DNA of 63,684 nucleotides, counting the filler, from Salisapilia sapeloensis CBS 127946 (taxonomy: Eukaryota; Protista; Oomycota): the NCBI GenBank assembly GCA_023334545.1. It is 13 parts of 13 records of this genome, joined end to end, with 100 filler letters (N's around TTAATTAATTAA, not from the genome) between each part and the next. Parts side by side here need not be neighbours in the genome. Positions count along the whole stretch, not along the records: positions 1 to 14,725 come from JAADVB010000381.1; positions 14,826 to 29,206 come from JAADVB010000387.1; 11 more parts are not named here. One strand, given 5' to 3'. Positions 12,409 through 23,784 of the stretch are shown piece by piece. Position 1 is the stretch's first letter. Every line of letters starts with the position of its first letter. The translations under genes were made by a program, and so were the position numbers. The notes under the pieces are model-generated. The model had not been told where the DNA came from and did no database searches. It saw only the letters and a program-made list of their open reading frames with translations.

Positions 12409-14067
12409 ATGCAAAGCCTCGTACTCGTCCTCTTCGCTCTTGTCTCCTTTTTTTGGACGACATGGGCACTTGATTGTGATCGTAACGACTGCAATACGTT
12501 TGCATGGAAAGAACCTCAAGATACGCAGGTCGTTTTCATGTCGATTGCCATGAAAAGCCATGCAGAGCCTTTGCTTCGAGTCGCACAGGGCATGCGAGAT
12601 CTCGGTTATAACGTCTCTTTCGCGACGCACGACTCTGGCAAAGACTGGGTGCAGGCACTGGACTTGCCCTTTGTATCTGCCGGTGCATTCCCAGTGTCTG
12701 CTGAAGACTTGCGAGGCAAATTACGTGCTGTGACGCGAGATTCGAGCAACTTTCGAGGCATCTTGACCATCTTTAGCGATATCTACGTCGCTGCAGCTCG
12801 ACCTATGTTCGATGCATTGCTCCCACAGTTCGAGCTGTCTCGTCCTGACCTGATTGTCATGGACGTAGCCACTGTCGGCGCCCAGGACCTCGCACATAAG
12901 CTGCAGGTACCTCACATTGTCAATTCTCCTTCGCTCATGTTTGATCTCGGCGACAAACCGAGCTACGTGCCGGCGTGGGGCACAGGATTTAGCATCCACA
13001 TGTCTCTCTGGAACCGCTGCATGAACATCTTGTTCCCGAGACTTCTGAGCGTCGCGCTCACGCCGCCATACATGCAGCTGAACAAGGTCCGGTGGGAGCT
13101 CCAGCTCAAGCCCTATCGTTCGCAGCACGACGTCTTCCGCGGCGCTCGAGTGCTCTTGAACACTGCGTTTGGTCTCGAACATCCGTATCCCATGTCTCCT
13201 CTCACGGAGCCCGTGGGTCCGTTGCTTCCTCTAGACTACTCCCATGCCCCTTATAACAGTCGCTCTCTCCCTTCCTCGCTTGCCAAGTGGCTCGACCCGG
13301 CCTTTGTAGTACTAGACCAGCAACCTATTAAACCTATAGTATACATCCATCTCGGCTCTCTTGCGTATATCGATGCATGGCAGGCCGAAGCACTCGTCCG
13401 AGGCCTCACGATGGCAGCGGACGAGGCGCCGGTCAAGGTCCTGTGGGTGCTCCCGATGGACCAACGGAGCATCCTACCAGCTGAGATGCCTCCCACCTTC
13501 AAGGTGCGGCCTCCCACGAACCTATCAACGCTGGACGTGCTCAAGCATCCGCATGTCCGGCTCGTGGTTTCCCACTGTGGCATGGTCGCAGCCCAAGAGG
13601 CTCTCGTGTCTGGTCATCCGCTCTTATGTATTCCTTTTTTAATCGATCAGCCGGACATTGCGGCTCGAGTCGTAGATGCTGGAGCTGGGATCAGTATTGA
13701 CAAGACGGCGATGACTCCGGAGCTCGTACATGCTGCTGCGAGAGAGCTCTTGACGAATAGGACGTACGTGGATGCAGCCACAAGAGTCGGGCGGTTGCTC
13801 GAGCGAGCGGGTGGGACGACTCGAGCGATCGAGGTGATCCGAACCGGCCTGCGCACCGGGTTTGGCCACCTCGAGACGCTCGAGCTATCTTCTCCGTGGC
13901 ACAAGGCGGTGATGCTGGACGTCTGGACGGTCTACGTCGCCATCTTTTGTCTCGTAGCAGCTCTGTTGCGTGTTCTATGGTTGCTCGTGTACTTTGGCAT
14001 GAGCAAGAGTTGGACGTACTTGGTGTCCAAGGTGTCCAGGACGACGGACGACCGGAAACGCGACTAG
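12409..14067 (+). CDS. UDP-glycosyltransferase (GT1), signal peptide plus C-terminal TM, 552 aa
   Basis: N-terminal signal peptide, SH catalytic His (MKSHAEP), UGT signature VVSHCGM...QEALVSGHPLLCIPFLIDQ, and a hydrophobic helix with a short basic tail at the C-terminus. Confidence 0.85.
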   Translation: MQSLVLVLFALVSFFWTTWALDCDRNDCNTFAWKEPQDTQVVFMSIAMKSHAEPLLRVAQGMRDLGYNVSFATHDSGKDWVQALDLPFVSAGAFPVSAEDLRGKLRAVTRDSSNFRGILTIFSDIYVAAARPMFDALLPQFELSRPDLIVMDVATVGAQDLAHKLQVPHIVNSPSLMFDLGDKPSYVPAWGTGFSIHMSLWNRCMNILFPRLLSVALTPPYMQLNKVRWELQLKPYRSQHDVFRGARVLLNTAFGLEHPYPMSPLTEPVGPLLPLDYSHAPYNSRSLPSSLAKWLDPAFVVLDQQPIKPIVYIHLGSLAYIDAWQAEALVRGLTMAADEAPVKVLWVLPMDQRSILPAEMPPTFKVRPPTNLSTLDVLKHPHVRLVVSHCGMVAAQEALVSGHPLLCIPFLIDQPDIAARVVDAGAGISIDKTAMTPELVHAAARELLTNRTYVDAATRVGRLLERAGGTTRAIEVIRTGLRTGFGHLETLELSSPWHKAVMLDVWTVYVAIFCLVAALLRVLWLLVYFGMSKSWTYLVSKVSRTTDDRKRD

Positions 14068-14126
14068 ACGACGAGGATATAGTTGGTACAGTAGTGGTAC
14101 GCGTTTCAGTTTTTCATCCGCTCGCT

Positions 14127-14725
14127 ATGGCTCGATCGAGTGCGCATGCGAATGGCGTTTTGAGCAACGGACATGGAAGTAGGCAGATGCATGTTGGTTT
14201 AATTGGCCTCGGGAGGATTGGAAAGGTGCATGCTAAGGGGCTGCAACGAACGAATGGTGTTATTGAAATTGTATGTGGTTTATGACTTCATCCTGCCTCG
14301 TGCGACAGTGCTTAGTTTCGTGTCGGTAGATGTCCGATCCGTATACGTCGGAGCTAGAAGAGTTGGCGAAACAGTATGGTGCGGCGAAATGGACCAAGGA
14401 TGCAAGTGAAGTGTTACGTGATCCAAAGGTCGATGCCGTCGTCGTGTGCTCGCCCACTCCGCTCCACGCAGAGCAGATAATCGAGGCAGCGGGGAATAAG
14501 AAGCACATCTTTTGTGAGAAACCCATCGACTTGAGTCTGGATGTGGTGGACAAGGCCATCGCTGCCGTATGTATACATAAACGTAGTGGTAGGAGCTTTT
14601 GCTAACGGTATTATGTAGGTGGAGGAGGCTGGCGTGAAGCTTATGGTGGGATTCAACAGGCGTTTCGACGCCAACTTTAAACGTGTGGAAAGATCGGTGG
14701 CGAGTGGAGAGGTGGGCGACGTGAA
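14127..14725 (+). CDS. myo-inositol 2-dehydrogenase-like Gfo/Idh/MocA oxidoreductase (3'-truncated by spacer)
   Basis: GLIGLGRIG Rossmann motif, HIFCEKP, GFNRRFDANF. In-frame GT-AG introns at 14271-14329 and 14567-14618. Confidence 0.85.
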
Positions 14726-14825
14726 NNNNNNNNNNNNNNNNNNNNNNNNNNNNNNNNNNNNNNNNNNNNTTAATTAATTAANNNNNNNNNNNNNNNNNNN
14801 NNNNNNNNNNNNNNNNNNNNNNNNN
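14726..14825. other. Artificial contig spacer (44 N + TTAATTAATTAA + 44 N); 12 copies in the window
   Basis: The same 100-nt structure with a six-frame stop linker also occurs at 29207-29306, 32950-33049, 34391-34490, 36408-36507, 38938-39037, 40297-40396, 44231-44330, 47223-47322, 57909-58008, 61305-61404 and 62477-62576. Confidence 0.98.
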
Positions 14826-14999
14826 CACTTGGTCCTGAATGTTGGTGGTCGGTTCCTGCGCAACGAGCAAGAGCGTTCCGAGCAGTGCGAGTCCTGCCAC
14901 GGTCAAAAGGACTCCTCGAGCACCTTTCTTATTGCTGGAAGGTGTAGATGGCCTGTCGAGAGACACGAGCGGTGTCTGCTCCGTCCCGTACGTCGACAT
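14826..14999 (-). CDS. N-terminus of an unknown type II membrane protein (truncated by spacer)
   Basis: ATG at 14999. MSTYGTEQTPLV...KKGARGVLLTVAGLALLGTLLLVAQ gives a short cytosolic tail plus one TM helix, and the frame runs into the gap. Confidence 0.55.
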
Positions 15000-16157
15000 C
15001 TTCGCTCCAATTTAAATCTGCTGTCTTCTCGATCGACCGACTGATGTGCAAAAATCTTCTAGAGACGCATATCATCTTATCGTCGAAGTAGCGCTAAAGA
15101 TAGCACCACAAGATGATGGACAAACCAAAGCGATGGATGTAATAATTCTACTTTAGAAATTGCGGCAGTATTCTCGTTTGGCCGAATTGCGCAGATAGAT
15201 TATTGCATCCGCCCAGAGTCCCTAACATAGCAGAACTACACTGATTACGAGCGGTCATGAAAGAATACTCCCCATCGTCAGACGGCATTATGTCATCTCG
15301 ACTGGTATCAGTTGATTGTTGAGGTCTTCATCACTCATACCACTTTACGATCATGTGCCGTTGTATTTTCGACTAAGCGATGCTAAACGCTCTATTCTTT
15401 CTACGTTCAAGTTGGATCTTCCGGCTAGCCATAGCTCGATGATGTAACTTCGAGTGTTACGACGCCAAAAGCGATCGTGCCAATAGTTCTAGACTCTCTC
15501 ATTGAGTCTTTTAATGACTCCATGGTTCCAGCAGTAGACATATCAAACCAATTTCTCCATGAACGATTAGATGCTTTTGGATGATGACCCGTAAGTAAAG
15601 CCTTTGTAGCCTTCTATCTCCTTCGATGCTAGTGAACAGATGAGATTGGAAATCTGGGGTGGATTCACCGCTAGTACGGACTAGGTGAACGCAGAGTTGA
15701 AGAGAACCGAATGGAGGGAATTATTTGCAAGTAGGACAGCACGTTGCTTTTTCATTCTACAGTTTGCTGCGAAAGCCGCAAACATCAATTTGTCGTCGGC
15801 AGCATACAGATTTATTAGAAGGCGCCCACTGAACAAGTACAATGGAACTATATTAAGATTTACTGGTTACTTGGAAGCAGCAATGACAACACCTCAGCGC
15901 GGATACCTTCTCGGTTGTACGTTGGCGCTGAAAGAAGCAGTGTTATGCATTATATTGTATCCGTATTAGTGGACTCTAGATGCAGTATTTCGAGGCACAT
16001 ACCGATCGGCAAGTTACTTTGCTTTATACAGCATTACCTTACTAGTAACTCAGTTTTTACGACCGACAATGGCTTGATTGACCATTCACCTCGAGCGTGA
16101 GGCGAGGCACAATGGAAGATTGCCCATGCAGACGAAACGTAAACTACATATGTGCTT

Positions 16158-17693
16158 TCAATGTAAATCTCCATACTGCTCGTTCATATCTCTACTCCAC
16201 TTGCGACTAGCAGCAAGTCTATCCTCCGTCATCTTTAACCAAGCTGCCTGTCGATCTTGCTCATTTATAGACAAGGTATGACCGTATTCTGAAATCATTT
16301 GTCGCTCTATCGCATCCTCGTCCCATTCGATGTTGCCCATCGAGTCCAAGCTATTGGAACTCGACAGGGATTTCGTATCTCGCTGATCTTCACTGGATGC
16401 AACAGACCAGGCGACAGGAGTTGATAAGTTAATAAAGCTTCCCGTCGGTGTTATATCATCTGTGAACGGGAATGAATGCAAGTCAGACGTGTGTCCATTG
16501 CAGATACTTTGTTCTGACATCAACGGATGACTGTCACTCGCTAACATCTTCTCTGTGTCGACTTGTGTTGTTCCGAGACTTGCATCTTCAAAGCGTCCGG
16601 CTAATATTTGCTGTCTAGCGACCTTATACGCACTCTCTTGGCCAACTGTATGATTACATCGCCTACATAGATGGATTTTCGTCTTCTTTGCTCGTAAGAA
16701 CGGAACGATATCTACTTTTGTCCGTTGCATACTGCAAGATCGGCAAAGGAATGTCGAGCAAAGTATGCAAACCTTGCGCTTACGAAGGGCGCTGAACCGC
16801 TTATGGCATGCGCTACAGACACTTTGTTGACTGTGCCGAAGTAACTTGTGTGCATCATTATTTGACTGGGCAGCATACCGATGCTGCAATAGCCAAGACA
16901 ATTTCCTATCGCCTGAGCATTCGACTGCATTCGAACAAACAATCAAGCCTTCAGCAGCTATAGCTAAAGCAATGGGATCTAGCACTCGTCCAAAGGCTTC
17001 CACGTAGCCTTTCATAAAGACACTCACGACACCAGGCGACGTTTGCTTGAATAAGCTGCACGCAGACAGTCTAGTTCGTCGGACGTCTTTCTTATTAAGA
17101 AGAGGAGCAGACGGAAGGTCGATGCTATGATAAATATCGTAGCCGATACATTCGCCGTTCGGTTGGTAAAGCATACCTGTCGCTTTCATATATACCATAT
17201 CACGACCTTTAACTACAGCCGCTAGTGCTGGTCCAGTCGTGGAAATGTGCCATTGTACTTTAAGCGTATGATAAGGCTGGTCCGGTGTCGGACGTTCAAT
17301 CGAATATAAAGTCTGTGCGTCGGATACGTTGACTTGGGAGTAGCAAGATAACTGCATCATAGCTGCTTCGTCAGGACAAGAGGTGCCATAAAGCACGTCG
17401 TCAAGAGAGCCTTGGATATAGCCAACTCCCACTAACAGACGAGGAAGTAGCGGTGGATGCGATTTATCTGTGTTTTCCTCTCGAGCAGCAGAACGCTCTC
17501 GATATACATTGATACCTCGTTTCGCACACGCGAGCTTCCACTTCTTCTGCGTGAACGTATCTGGTCCTTGCATATCTTCCCAACTTGTTAGGGTCTGACG
17601 TATCATCTTGGACCTGGTTCGTCTACAATCATCCTGCTGCTTTTCTGACAAGTGTATAGGTGGATACTTCTTCGACTCCCAGCGATCTGCCAT
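16158..17693 (-). CDS. START-like domain + FYVE-type zinc finger protein (oomycete-expanded family), about 511 aa
   Basis: WKLACAKRGINVYRER, GSLDDVLYG, RDMVYMKATG, GYDIYHSIDLP, then CSAC..F....RKKVCILCSTFLCRSC...LCRRC. First ATG at 17693; the track start is TTG. Confidence 0.8.
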   Translation of the reverse strand: MADRWESKKYPPIHLSEKQQDDCRRTRSKMIRQTLTSWEDMQGPDTFTQKKWKLACAKRGINVYRERSAAREENTDKSHPPLLPRLLVGVGYIQGSLDDVLYGTSCPDEAAMMQLSCYSQVNVSDAQTLYSIERPTPDQPYHTLKVQWHISTTGPALAAVVKGRDMVYMKATGMLYQPNGECIGYDIYHSIDLPSAPLLNKKDVRRTRLSACSLFKQTSPGVVSVFMKGYVEAFGRVLDPIALAIAAEGLIVCSNAVECSGDRKLSWLLQHRYAAQSNNDAHKLLRHSQQSVCSACHKRFSALRKRKVCILCSTFLCRSCSMQRTKVDIVPFLRAKKTKIHLCRRCNHTVGQESAYKVARQQILAGRFEDASLGTTQVDTEKMLASDSHPLMSEQSICNGHTSDLHSFPFTDDITPTGSFINLSTPVAWSVASSEDQRDTKSLSSSNSLDSMGNIEWDEDAIERQMISEYGHTLSINEQDRQAAWLKMTEDRLAASRKWSRDMNEQYGDLH

Positions 17694-19947
17694 GAACTCA
17701 AACCTAGCAAAAGATGAGAATGGCTTCGTAATTTTAAATGGCAGTCTGATCACTTGCCTCGTCAGACGCACCGATTTCGAAGTGTGATCCTTTCCCGCCG
17801 CCAATCAAGTACGCGCACCAAGTACAGTATCCGAATAACGAGTCTGATTTGAAATGTTGCGTTGAACACCCATCAAGCAGCATTCGAATTTATCTTCCCC
17901 ATTGTTCGGTAACAAGCAGAAGACGCGTTCGAATATGCTTTGCATACTGCACCATGTAACAATTGGACGAAGGGCTCGATACTCTAGCCCACTTAATCAC
18001 TGGCTTGACGTGTTCGGACGGGATAAAGAAGCGATCGGATAGTTCAAAGGAACGAGCAAATCCTTTGCTCTTTCCTGTGTACTCCATCGAGATTCGAGTT
18101 TGCCGCCGATGAACAGCATGAGGAATCTATGAAACTTTTTAATCGATACTAGAATTAAGGATATGATCAGCGTCGCTTTTGCCCTAAAAAGTGGAGCTTT
18201 AAAACGCTTTTGGTCATTGTGATTGACAAAATTGCCCTGATGATTTGTACCTGCTCTATCTGGAAATCTGACAAAAGCATCGGTCAGACAGCAAAAGCCA
18301 GATCTGCCACATTGCTCTCAGCTGAATGGAAGGAATGTTGTTAGCGTTTATCATCATACTCTTTGCATGCGTATCCAAGTCATACCGGAGGAAATCTCAG
18401 GCATCAGCGTTGGCACATCTTGGTAAGCTTTTAATCTTCATTACGCCACGATTACAAGATGAGCTACAAAGTCCATTCAATACGCAGTAGATAAAGAAGC
18501 CTTACTGCTGCAGAGCATGCAATGATTATCTTGTTCATCCTTTTTTCTATCCAGCGGACTTATTGCAGCCGTTCACTTTCATCCAAGTGCGTGATTCCGT
18601 ACATTCCATATGACCGGCTACTTTAGAACAGCAGCTTGATTCTTAGATCCCTTTCTTCCAGCATCTGAATTTCCAATAAGGCGCATAAGTTTGTACACTC
18701 GATTACAAGTCATCCAGATACATGGATTTCGCTGGACAGCCTCCAACTACAGTCATATTATGCAGCGAATATATCTAGATACAGACCACTGTTTGAGAAT
18801 GAGCTTTATAAAGGCATTTAAGAGTGTATCTCATCGCTCTGATTAAAACATGAACGAATGTCCATCTGATGCGAATGGTCCTTGTACATATCTTCTCGTG
18901 TTTTCCAGAGACTTTCATCCACTCGATGCCAAGTCAAGTCACTATATACTCTGTGGCGACACTTTGCACGCGAAATTCTGATACCAAATTGACTTAAAGA
19001 GGGATAGAAAGATCTATATGCTAGCATGTAAGATAAATATGGTCTACATGCATGCGCCCTATCCACGCTAATAAAGTCACTCATCTGACGTCTCGGGTAT
19101 CACCGAGGATACACTTTGGGTCTCGAAGTACTTTACTAAGTACTTGCATACAAAAACGGGGAGAGGATTAAAATAAATATATTTGAGTACATCTTCTGAC
19201 CAATTTTCTGATAGAATCATCTTGCTGGTACAGAAGTAGAGTCAGTATATCATATTTGTCTGGTAGAGTAGCGAAAAGATTAGCATCCTTCCTCGCGCGC
19301 ACGACTTTGCTAGCTGAATTTCACTTTTTATTGCTTCGAGCTTTAGACTGTACTCCCTTGTTAGTCCTTGCATACCTAGTCACGCCGACCAGAGGAGGAG
19401 GTTAGCAAAGTAAAAGGATATAGATGCAGACAATGCTATCTAGCAGATCGACGATGCGACAATTGTGGTCACGCAATAGGTATCTTCTGGACACACTTGA
19501 CATCCCGCACAATGATGCATTTCCGGTCTACTCTTGTCATACCTTCAAAGTACTATGTCAAAACTCTTTCGCGTCAGCAAATGATTTTGATGCGAGTGAT
19601 TCTGCATATACTTGGAAATGGATGAGTGAAAGACAAAGTGCAATATATCTAAATGGACAAGTTTCCACTGCCTCCTGCAAGGAGCAAAATCAGATACCGC
19701 CCAGCAAGTCTTCCTCTGTTCTTCCGAATATCGAAAGAAGGGACTTGTTTTGCCAGTTTAGCTTATAAACGAGCAAGTGATGACTATGCCTGCAAAGCAA
19801 CGTGAGAAAACGCTCTAATCACGATTGAACGCATGCCATATTGAAAATGAGGAAATATCTAATTTGACAAGTAAAAATAGTTTATAGTCATTTTATAGAA
19901 ATTTTAAAAATGGTTTATATTTTTCTATTTCAACTCCTACAACATAA

Positions 19948-20019
19948 GCCTCTATAGCTCAGTGGTAGAGCACTCGCTTCGTAAGCGAAAGGTCGGTGGT
20001 TCAATCCCGCCTGGAGGCT
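19948..20019 (+). tRNA. trnT-CGT: tRNA-Thr(CGT)
   Basis: 72 nt. Acceptor stem GCCTCTA/TGGAGGC, D arm GCTC/GAGC, anticodon loop TT-CGT-AA, T arm GGTGG-TTCAATC-CCGCC. A T-run Pol III terminator follows. Confidence 0.95.
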
Positions 20020-20941
20020 CTCTTTTTATTTTTGTTATGCTTTTAGTGGCATCTTTTGTTGCTAAGCAATGAAAGTAGACATCGGGAAAACTTTTATGTA
20101 ACTTAAATATATTTGTGCCACCGTTCTGAACTACCTTATTAATATTTCCATTAGTTCATGTTTGGGCACTTGCTCACTAATCCTTGTCATGGCCTGAGTG
20201 AGCCATTATTCTAACCATGTGGCCTTCGTACAGTTAAGCGATATTCCACAATGCAAATCTATGAACGGTGTAAGCTAGAAACAACACGTACAGCTTTACA
20301 TGTTACGGAATGACTACTGGAATACCAGTCCTTAGTGAGCAGTTTCGTGTTGTGCTTGCAAAACGAAGCTATGGTTAGCACAAAGACGTCTTGCACATTA
20401 TTCTCACGCACCCAGGTCTACAAGTGAATTTCGCATGGGAACTTTGACTCCACCATCAAATTGTTATCTCGCTATACATATCGATTTATAGCAGTACAAG
20501 TACATACATTTTCCATGTTTCAAACCAGACATTCAACGGAATAAGATCTAATCTACTAGCGTGCATTGGCGCGACCGAATAAGAGTACAAGAAGATGGCA
20601 ATCAACCTAGCTTCGGGCGCTATTTATATCGGGCGACAACGAAAGCACGATTCAATTAACAAAATATCATCTACCATAATTTATCCAAGTTATTCCAGTA
20701 AACTGAACTAAAACTACCCATCTGTTCTGATCTACCATTGTTTGGACGGGCGTGTCATTCGCATAATCTCCTGGAGCCAACGAAGCGTCGGTACTCGCTT
20801 CTCGCTCCATTCCTGACTTGTAGCACACATACACGTTTGCAAACCTAGCGCGTATCCATCTGTAATTTGAACCTCCAGAGCGTACGTCAAGTCACCGTTG
20901 CGTGTCAAAGTCACATTCATAGACACGCAGCCGCTGCAAAA

Positions 20942-21844
20942 ATGCACGCCATGAAGACTCGCCTACGCATATTTGCTTTAACTGCCAAGAACGCAACCAT
21001 CATGATTGCTGAAGCCGCGATTTCCCGCCGATTTATTGGTGTATGGGCCGCCGGAATCGCTGCCTATGCTGTCTACCCCATCGCTGAGCCCACGAGCGAC
21101 CTGTCATTGAAACTCGCGCAAGGCACCAATTCAGTCGAAGTAAGTCGCAAGGACCCATTTGCAGTCAACGTCCGCAATGTTGCAGCCCGAGTTGGCGTGA
21201 AGAACCCATCCAGACTCTCCGTTCGTCTCAGTGAAGACACGGCAGGAGCCTCCGTCGGTTCTAACTGGACGATTACCCAGCGTGGTGCATGCATCGTACT
21301 CCCATTGGAATTGTACGATGCCTTCCATGCGACGAAAGAAGAGCATGCGAGATTCAGTGACATCCCAAAGAAGGACGAGATCGATTTTGTATTGGCACAT
21401 GAAAGCGCGCATATTGCTCGTAACCACGGTCTCAAGTCCGGCCTGTTCCTCCCATTGTCACTCGTCCTCAGTACGTTTGCCATTCGCAAGATACCCAACC
21501 GCGTCATCTCGTCCGTCGTAGGTGCATGTGGCCTAGTCGCGAGCAACATTTTATTATCGTGGCATCTCGAACATGAAGCTGACCACATCGCGGCTTTAAA
21601 CGGGTACGCTCGCGGTGGCATCGACTGCTTCGAGAGGAAGCTATCTCGCAACTGTGAAGCCAGGTCACTATTAGATACTCACATGATCACACCCGAGGGA
21701 AACTATCTCGGAGACACTAGTCACCCACTCCTCACTTCTCGTGTCGAGCGGTTAAAAGCCGTGGCTGACCACCATCCGTTGATCCCATCGCCTCTTGCTG
21801 TCAGCTCCAAGCAAGAGTCAAGCTGTACAAACCCCTTTCGATAG
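20942..21844 (+). CDS. TMEM177-like M48-family zinc metalloprotease, 300 aa
   Basis: FVLAHESAH (HExxH, 21398-21412), EHEAD (21569-21583), SHP..SRV. The segment YARGGIDCFERKLSRNCEARSLL...TPEGN resembles TMEM177 YACGGVEFYEKLLSGNLALRSLL...TPSGN. Confidence 0.75.
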   Translation: MHAMKTRLRIFALTAKNATIMIAEAAISRRFIGVWAAGIAAYAVYPIAEPTSDLSLKLAQGTNSVEVSRKDPFAVNVRNVAARVGVKNPSRLSVRLSEDTAGASVGSNWTITQRGACIVLPLELYDAFHATKEEHARFSDIPKKDEIDFVLAHESAHIARNHGLKSGLFLPLSLVLSTFAIRKIPNRVISSVVGACGLVASNILLSWHLEHEADHIAALNGYARGGIDCFERKLSRNCEARSLLDTHMITPEGNYLGDTSHPLLTSRVERLKAVADHHPLIPSPLAVSSKQESSCTNPFR

Positions 21845-21921
21845 AAACAAGAGATAGAGCTAGTGTTAATACGCAATGTGATTGATTTTTGATAAATATC
21901 CAAAACGAAACTGTAGGACAT

Positions 21922-23520
21922 TTATCCTTGCTTGGTCTCTTCATGCATCTGTGCTTCCAACGCCGACTGTGCTCTTTGGACCAGTTGCGCCAAGAGCGAA
22001 CGATCTAACGCTTGTTTCTCTTCCGTCGGAAGCTTCTTCTCCACTGCTTCATGCACCGCACGGGGAAGTTCCCTCGACAGGTGCTTGAGGATCTCCACAC
22101 GATACATGCATGCGCTCTCCGAGTTGCCATCCGGAGCAGATTCTTCCTGGACATTCGCCAGTTTCTGCTTGATATCAGACTCGACTGCAGTCGACACAGC
22201 AGATGCATCTCCAGGGGACGACAGACGGATGAACCCGAGGATACGTGCTGTTACACACTTGAGCAAGTCCATTCGAACGCCATGCGCCACTTGACTTAGA
22301 CGCCGGACAGCTTCATCGAAAGCGTTTCCAGACGACTTGCTCCAGTCGTAGTTGCTCGTCTCGTCCAAACTGTTCTCTCGAATCCGCTTCAGACTGGCCG
22401 CAGCTTCCAAGTGACTCGTCACGTCCGGAACACTAGAGCTCTTGTCACTTGATGTAGGGAGGTAGGACGGCAAAGGACTGCTCAATGGTGCAGGAACTTG
22501 GGACTGACTAGTCGTTGCGTGAAGTGGACGCAATTGGTAAGTCGATGCTGGCGTCCTCTTCTCCACTTTAACAGGCGAAGGCTGCGTCATGGAATACCCA
22601 TTTCCAGTTGCACTTGGAATTGGACTAGCAAGCCCTTGACTCAACTGCAGCAGCGTATGTGGATGCGCATTGCAATGCATACCTAACGACGGCAGCGTCG
22701 GTGTCATTGGTGTCGAAGGGTTCGACGCATTGTCTGTACACGTTTGATTTCGCATCGCTACTACTTGCATCACATTGATCATTTGCTTATTCAGTTGTTG
22801 GATCTGTGATCTCAATCCAGACACTTCGGACCGTAGTTCCTCCATCTCCGTGCGATCGATCGTATGCGGCTTCGAATCAGCATTCGACACAGAACGACGT
22901 CGAATCTCTTTTAAAGAATCACGGTCACCACGCATAAACTTGTCATGATGGAACTCAAACGATGCGCTGTTCCCACCACCATCTACACCTCGGAGCTTTC
23001 GGAAGCCATAGAGGTTGAGTTGCCTAACGAAGGAACTAAAGTTTTTATGCTTGAAGAACTGAGGAATCACGCGATGGGTGAAAGCTGTCGGATCATGAAC
23101 GACAAAGCTGTCACCATTCGGAGACCAACCAGCCAACTCGTTCGGACAGTTCTCTACGAGGTCATACAGCTTTTCAAGAAACAAAGGTGTCTCGTCTCGT
23201 CGACGTCGCTTCGGCGTTGGCTGACTTGTGTCCAAGTTCGTAGGCGTGCCATCCATATGACCGAGCTCTTCGCTGGTATGACTGCTACTTGGTAATTGGC
23301 GTTTCGATCTCTGTGATGGGTCCTCCTGTGGTATTGATATCGTCGTTGGCGCTTCCAATTGTTCCGAAGTCTGCTGTGCCCGATTCCTTTCTTTGCTTGG
23401 ACTATTTGCTACTTGATGACTGTCTAAACCTCCATCTTTGTCGGTCGATGCCGACGTCGGAACGACATCCTGGTTATCCTCTTTGGCTGAAACCGACGTG
23501 GAATCATCTTGGGCTGTCAT
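21922..23520 (-). CDS. HSF: HSF-type DNA-binding transcription factor, 532 aa
   Basis: PLFLEKLYDLV...WSPNGDSFVV...FFKHKNFSSFVRQLNLYGFRK, followed by a coiled coil (EMEELRSEVSGLRSQIQQLNKQM). Confidence 0.92.
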   Translation of the reverse strand: MTAQDDSTSVSAKEDNQDVVPTSASTDKDGGLDSHQVANSPSKERNRAQQTSEQLEAPTTISIPQEDPSQRSKRQLPSSSHTSEELGHMDGTPTNLDTSQPTPKRRRRDETPLFLEKLYDLVENCPNELAGWSPNGDSFVVHDPTAFTHRVIPQFFKHKNFSSFVRQLNLYGFRKLRGVDGGGNSASFEFHHDKFMRGDRDSLKEIRRRSVSNADSKPHTIDRTEMEELRSEVSGLRSQIQQLNKQMINVMQVVAMRNQTCTDNASNPSTPMTPTLPSLGMHCNAHPHTLLQLSQGLASPIPSATGNGYSMTQPSPVKVEKRTPASTYQLRPLHATTSQSQVPAPLSSPLPSYLPTSSDKSSSVPDVTSHLEAAASLKRIRENSLDETSNYDWSKSSGNAFDEAVRRLSQVAHGVRMDLLKCVTARILGFIRLSSPGDASAVSTAVESDIKQKLANVQEESAPDGNSESACMYRVEILKHLSRELPRAVHEAVEKKLPTEEKQALDRSLLAQLVQRAQSALEAQMHEETKQG

Positions 23521-23784
23521 GCTTGGCTTTATTGAGCCGAGTGAATAGCCGCTGGAGCAAGTAGATGCTTCAAGAAGTACGAGAGGGGTAGAGGCAAAAG
23601 CTTGTTCCTACGTTCCGAGAAATTCTAGTCTTGTTCGAAGCGTTGTATTGCGCTTTGTATTCAAGTTGAAACGAGCCAATCAATTCATTTGCACCGACAC
23701 GTCAGTAAATCAAATATGTGTATCAAATATGACACGAATCAATTAAATTGTAGTATACCACATAACCAATCAATGTGCTTGGCT

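Noticed and set aside
5960-14725. Carbohydrate gene cluster (TPS, UGT, inositol dehydrogenase)
   Set aside because: Condensin interrupts it, no shared pathway is evident, and proximity is expected in a compact genome.
14770-14781. Recurring TTAATTAATTAA as a biological repeat or array
   Set aside because: It is always centred in 44+44 N, so it is a six-frame-stop concatenation linker. For the same reason no clustering across spacers was interpreted.
15050-16150. Partly open minus-strand frame with several stops
   Set aside because: Could not be assigned to any gene or transposon family.
17890-19800. Small ORFs upstream of the tRNA, including a CxxC-containing frame
   Set aside because: Too weak to support any domain call.
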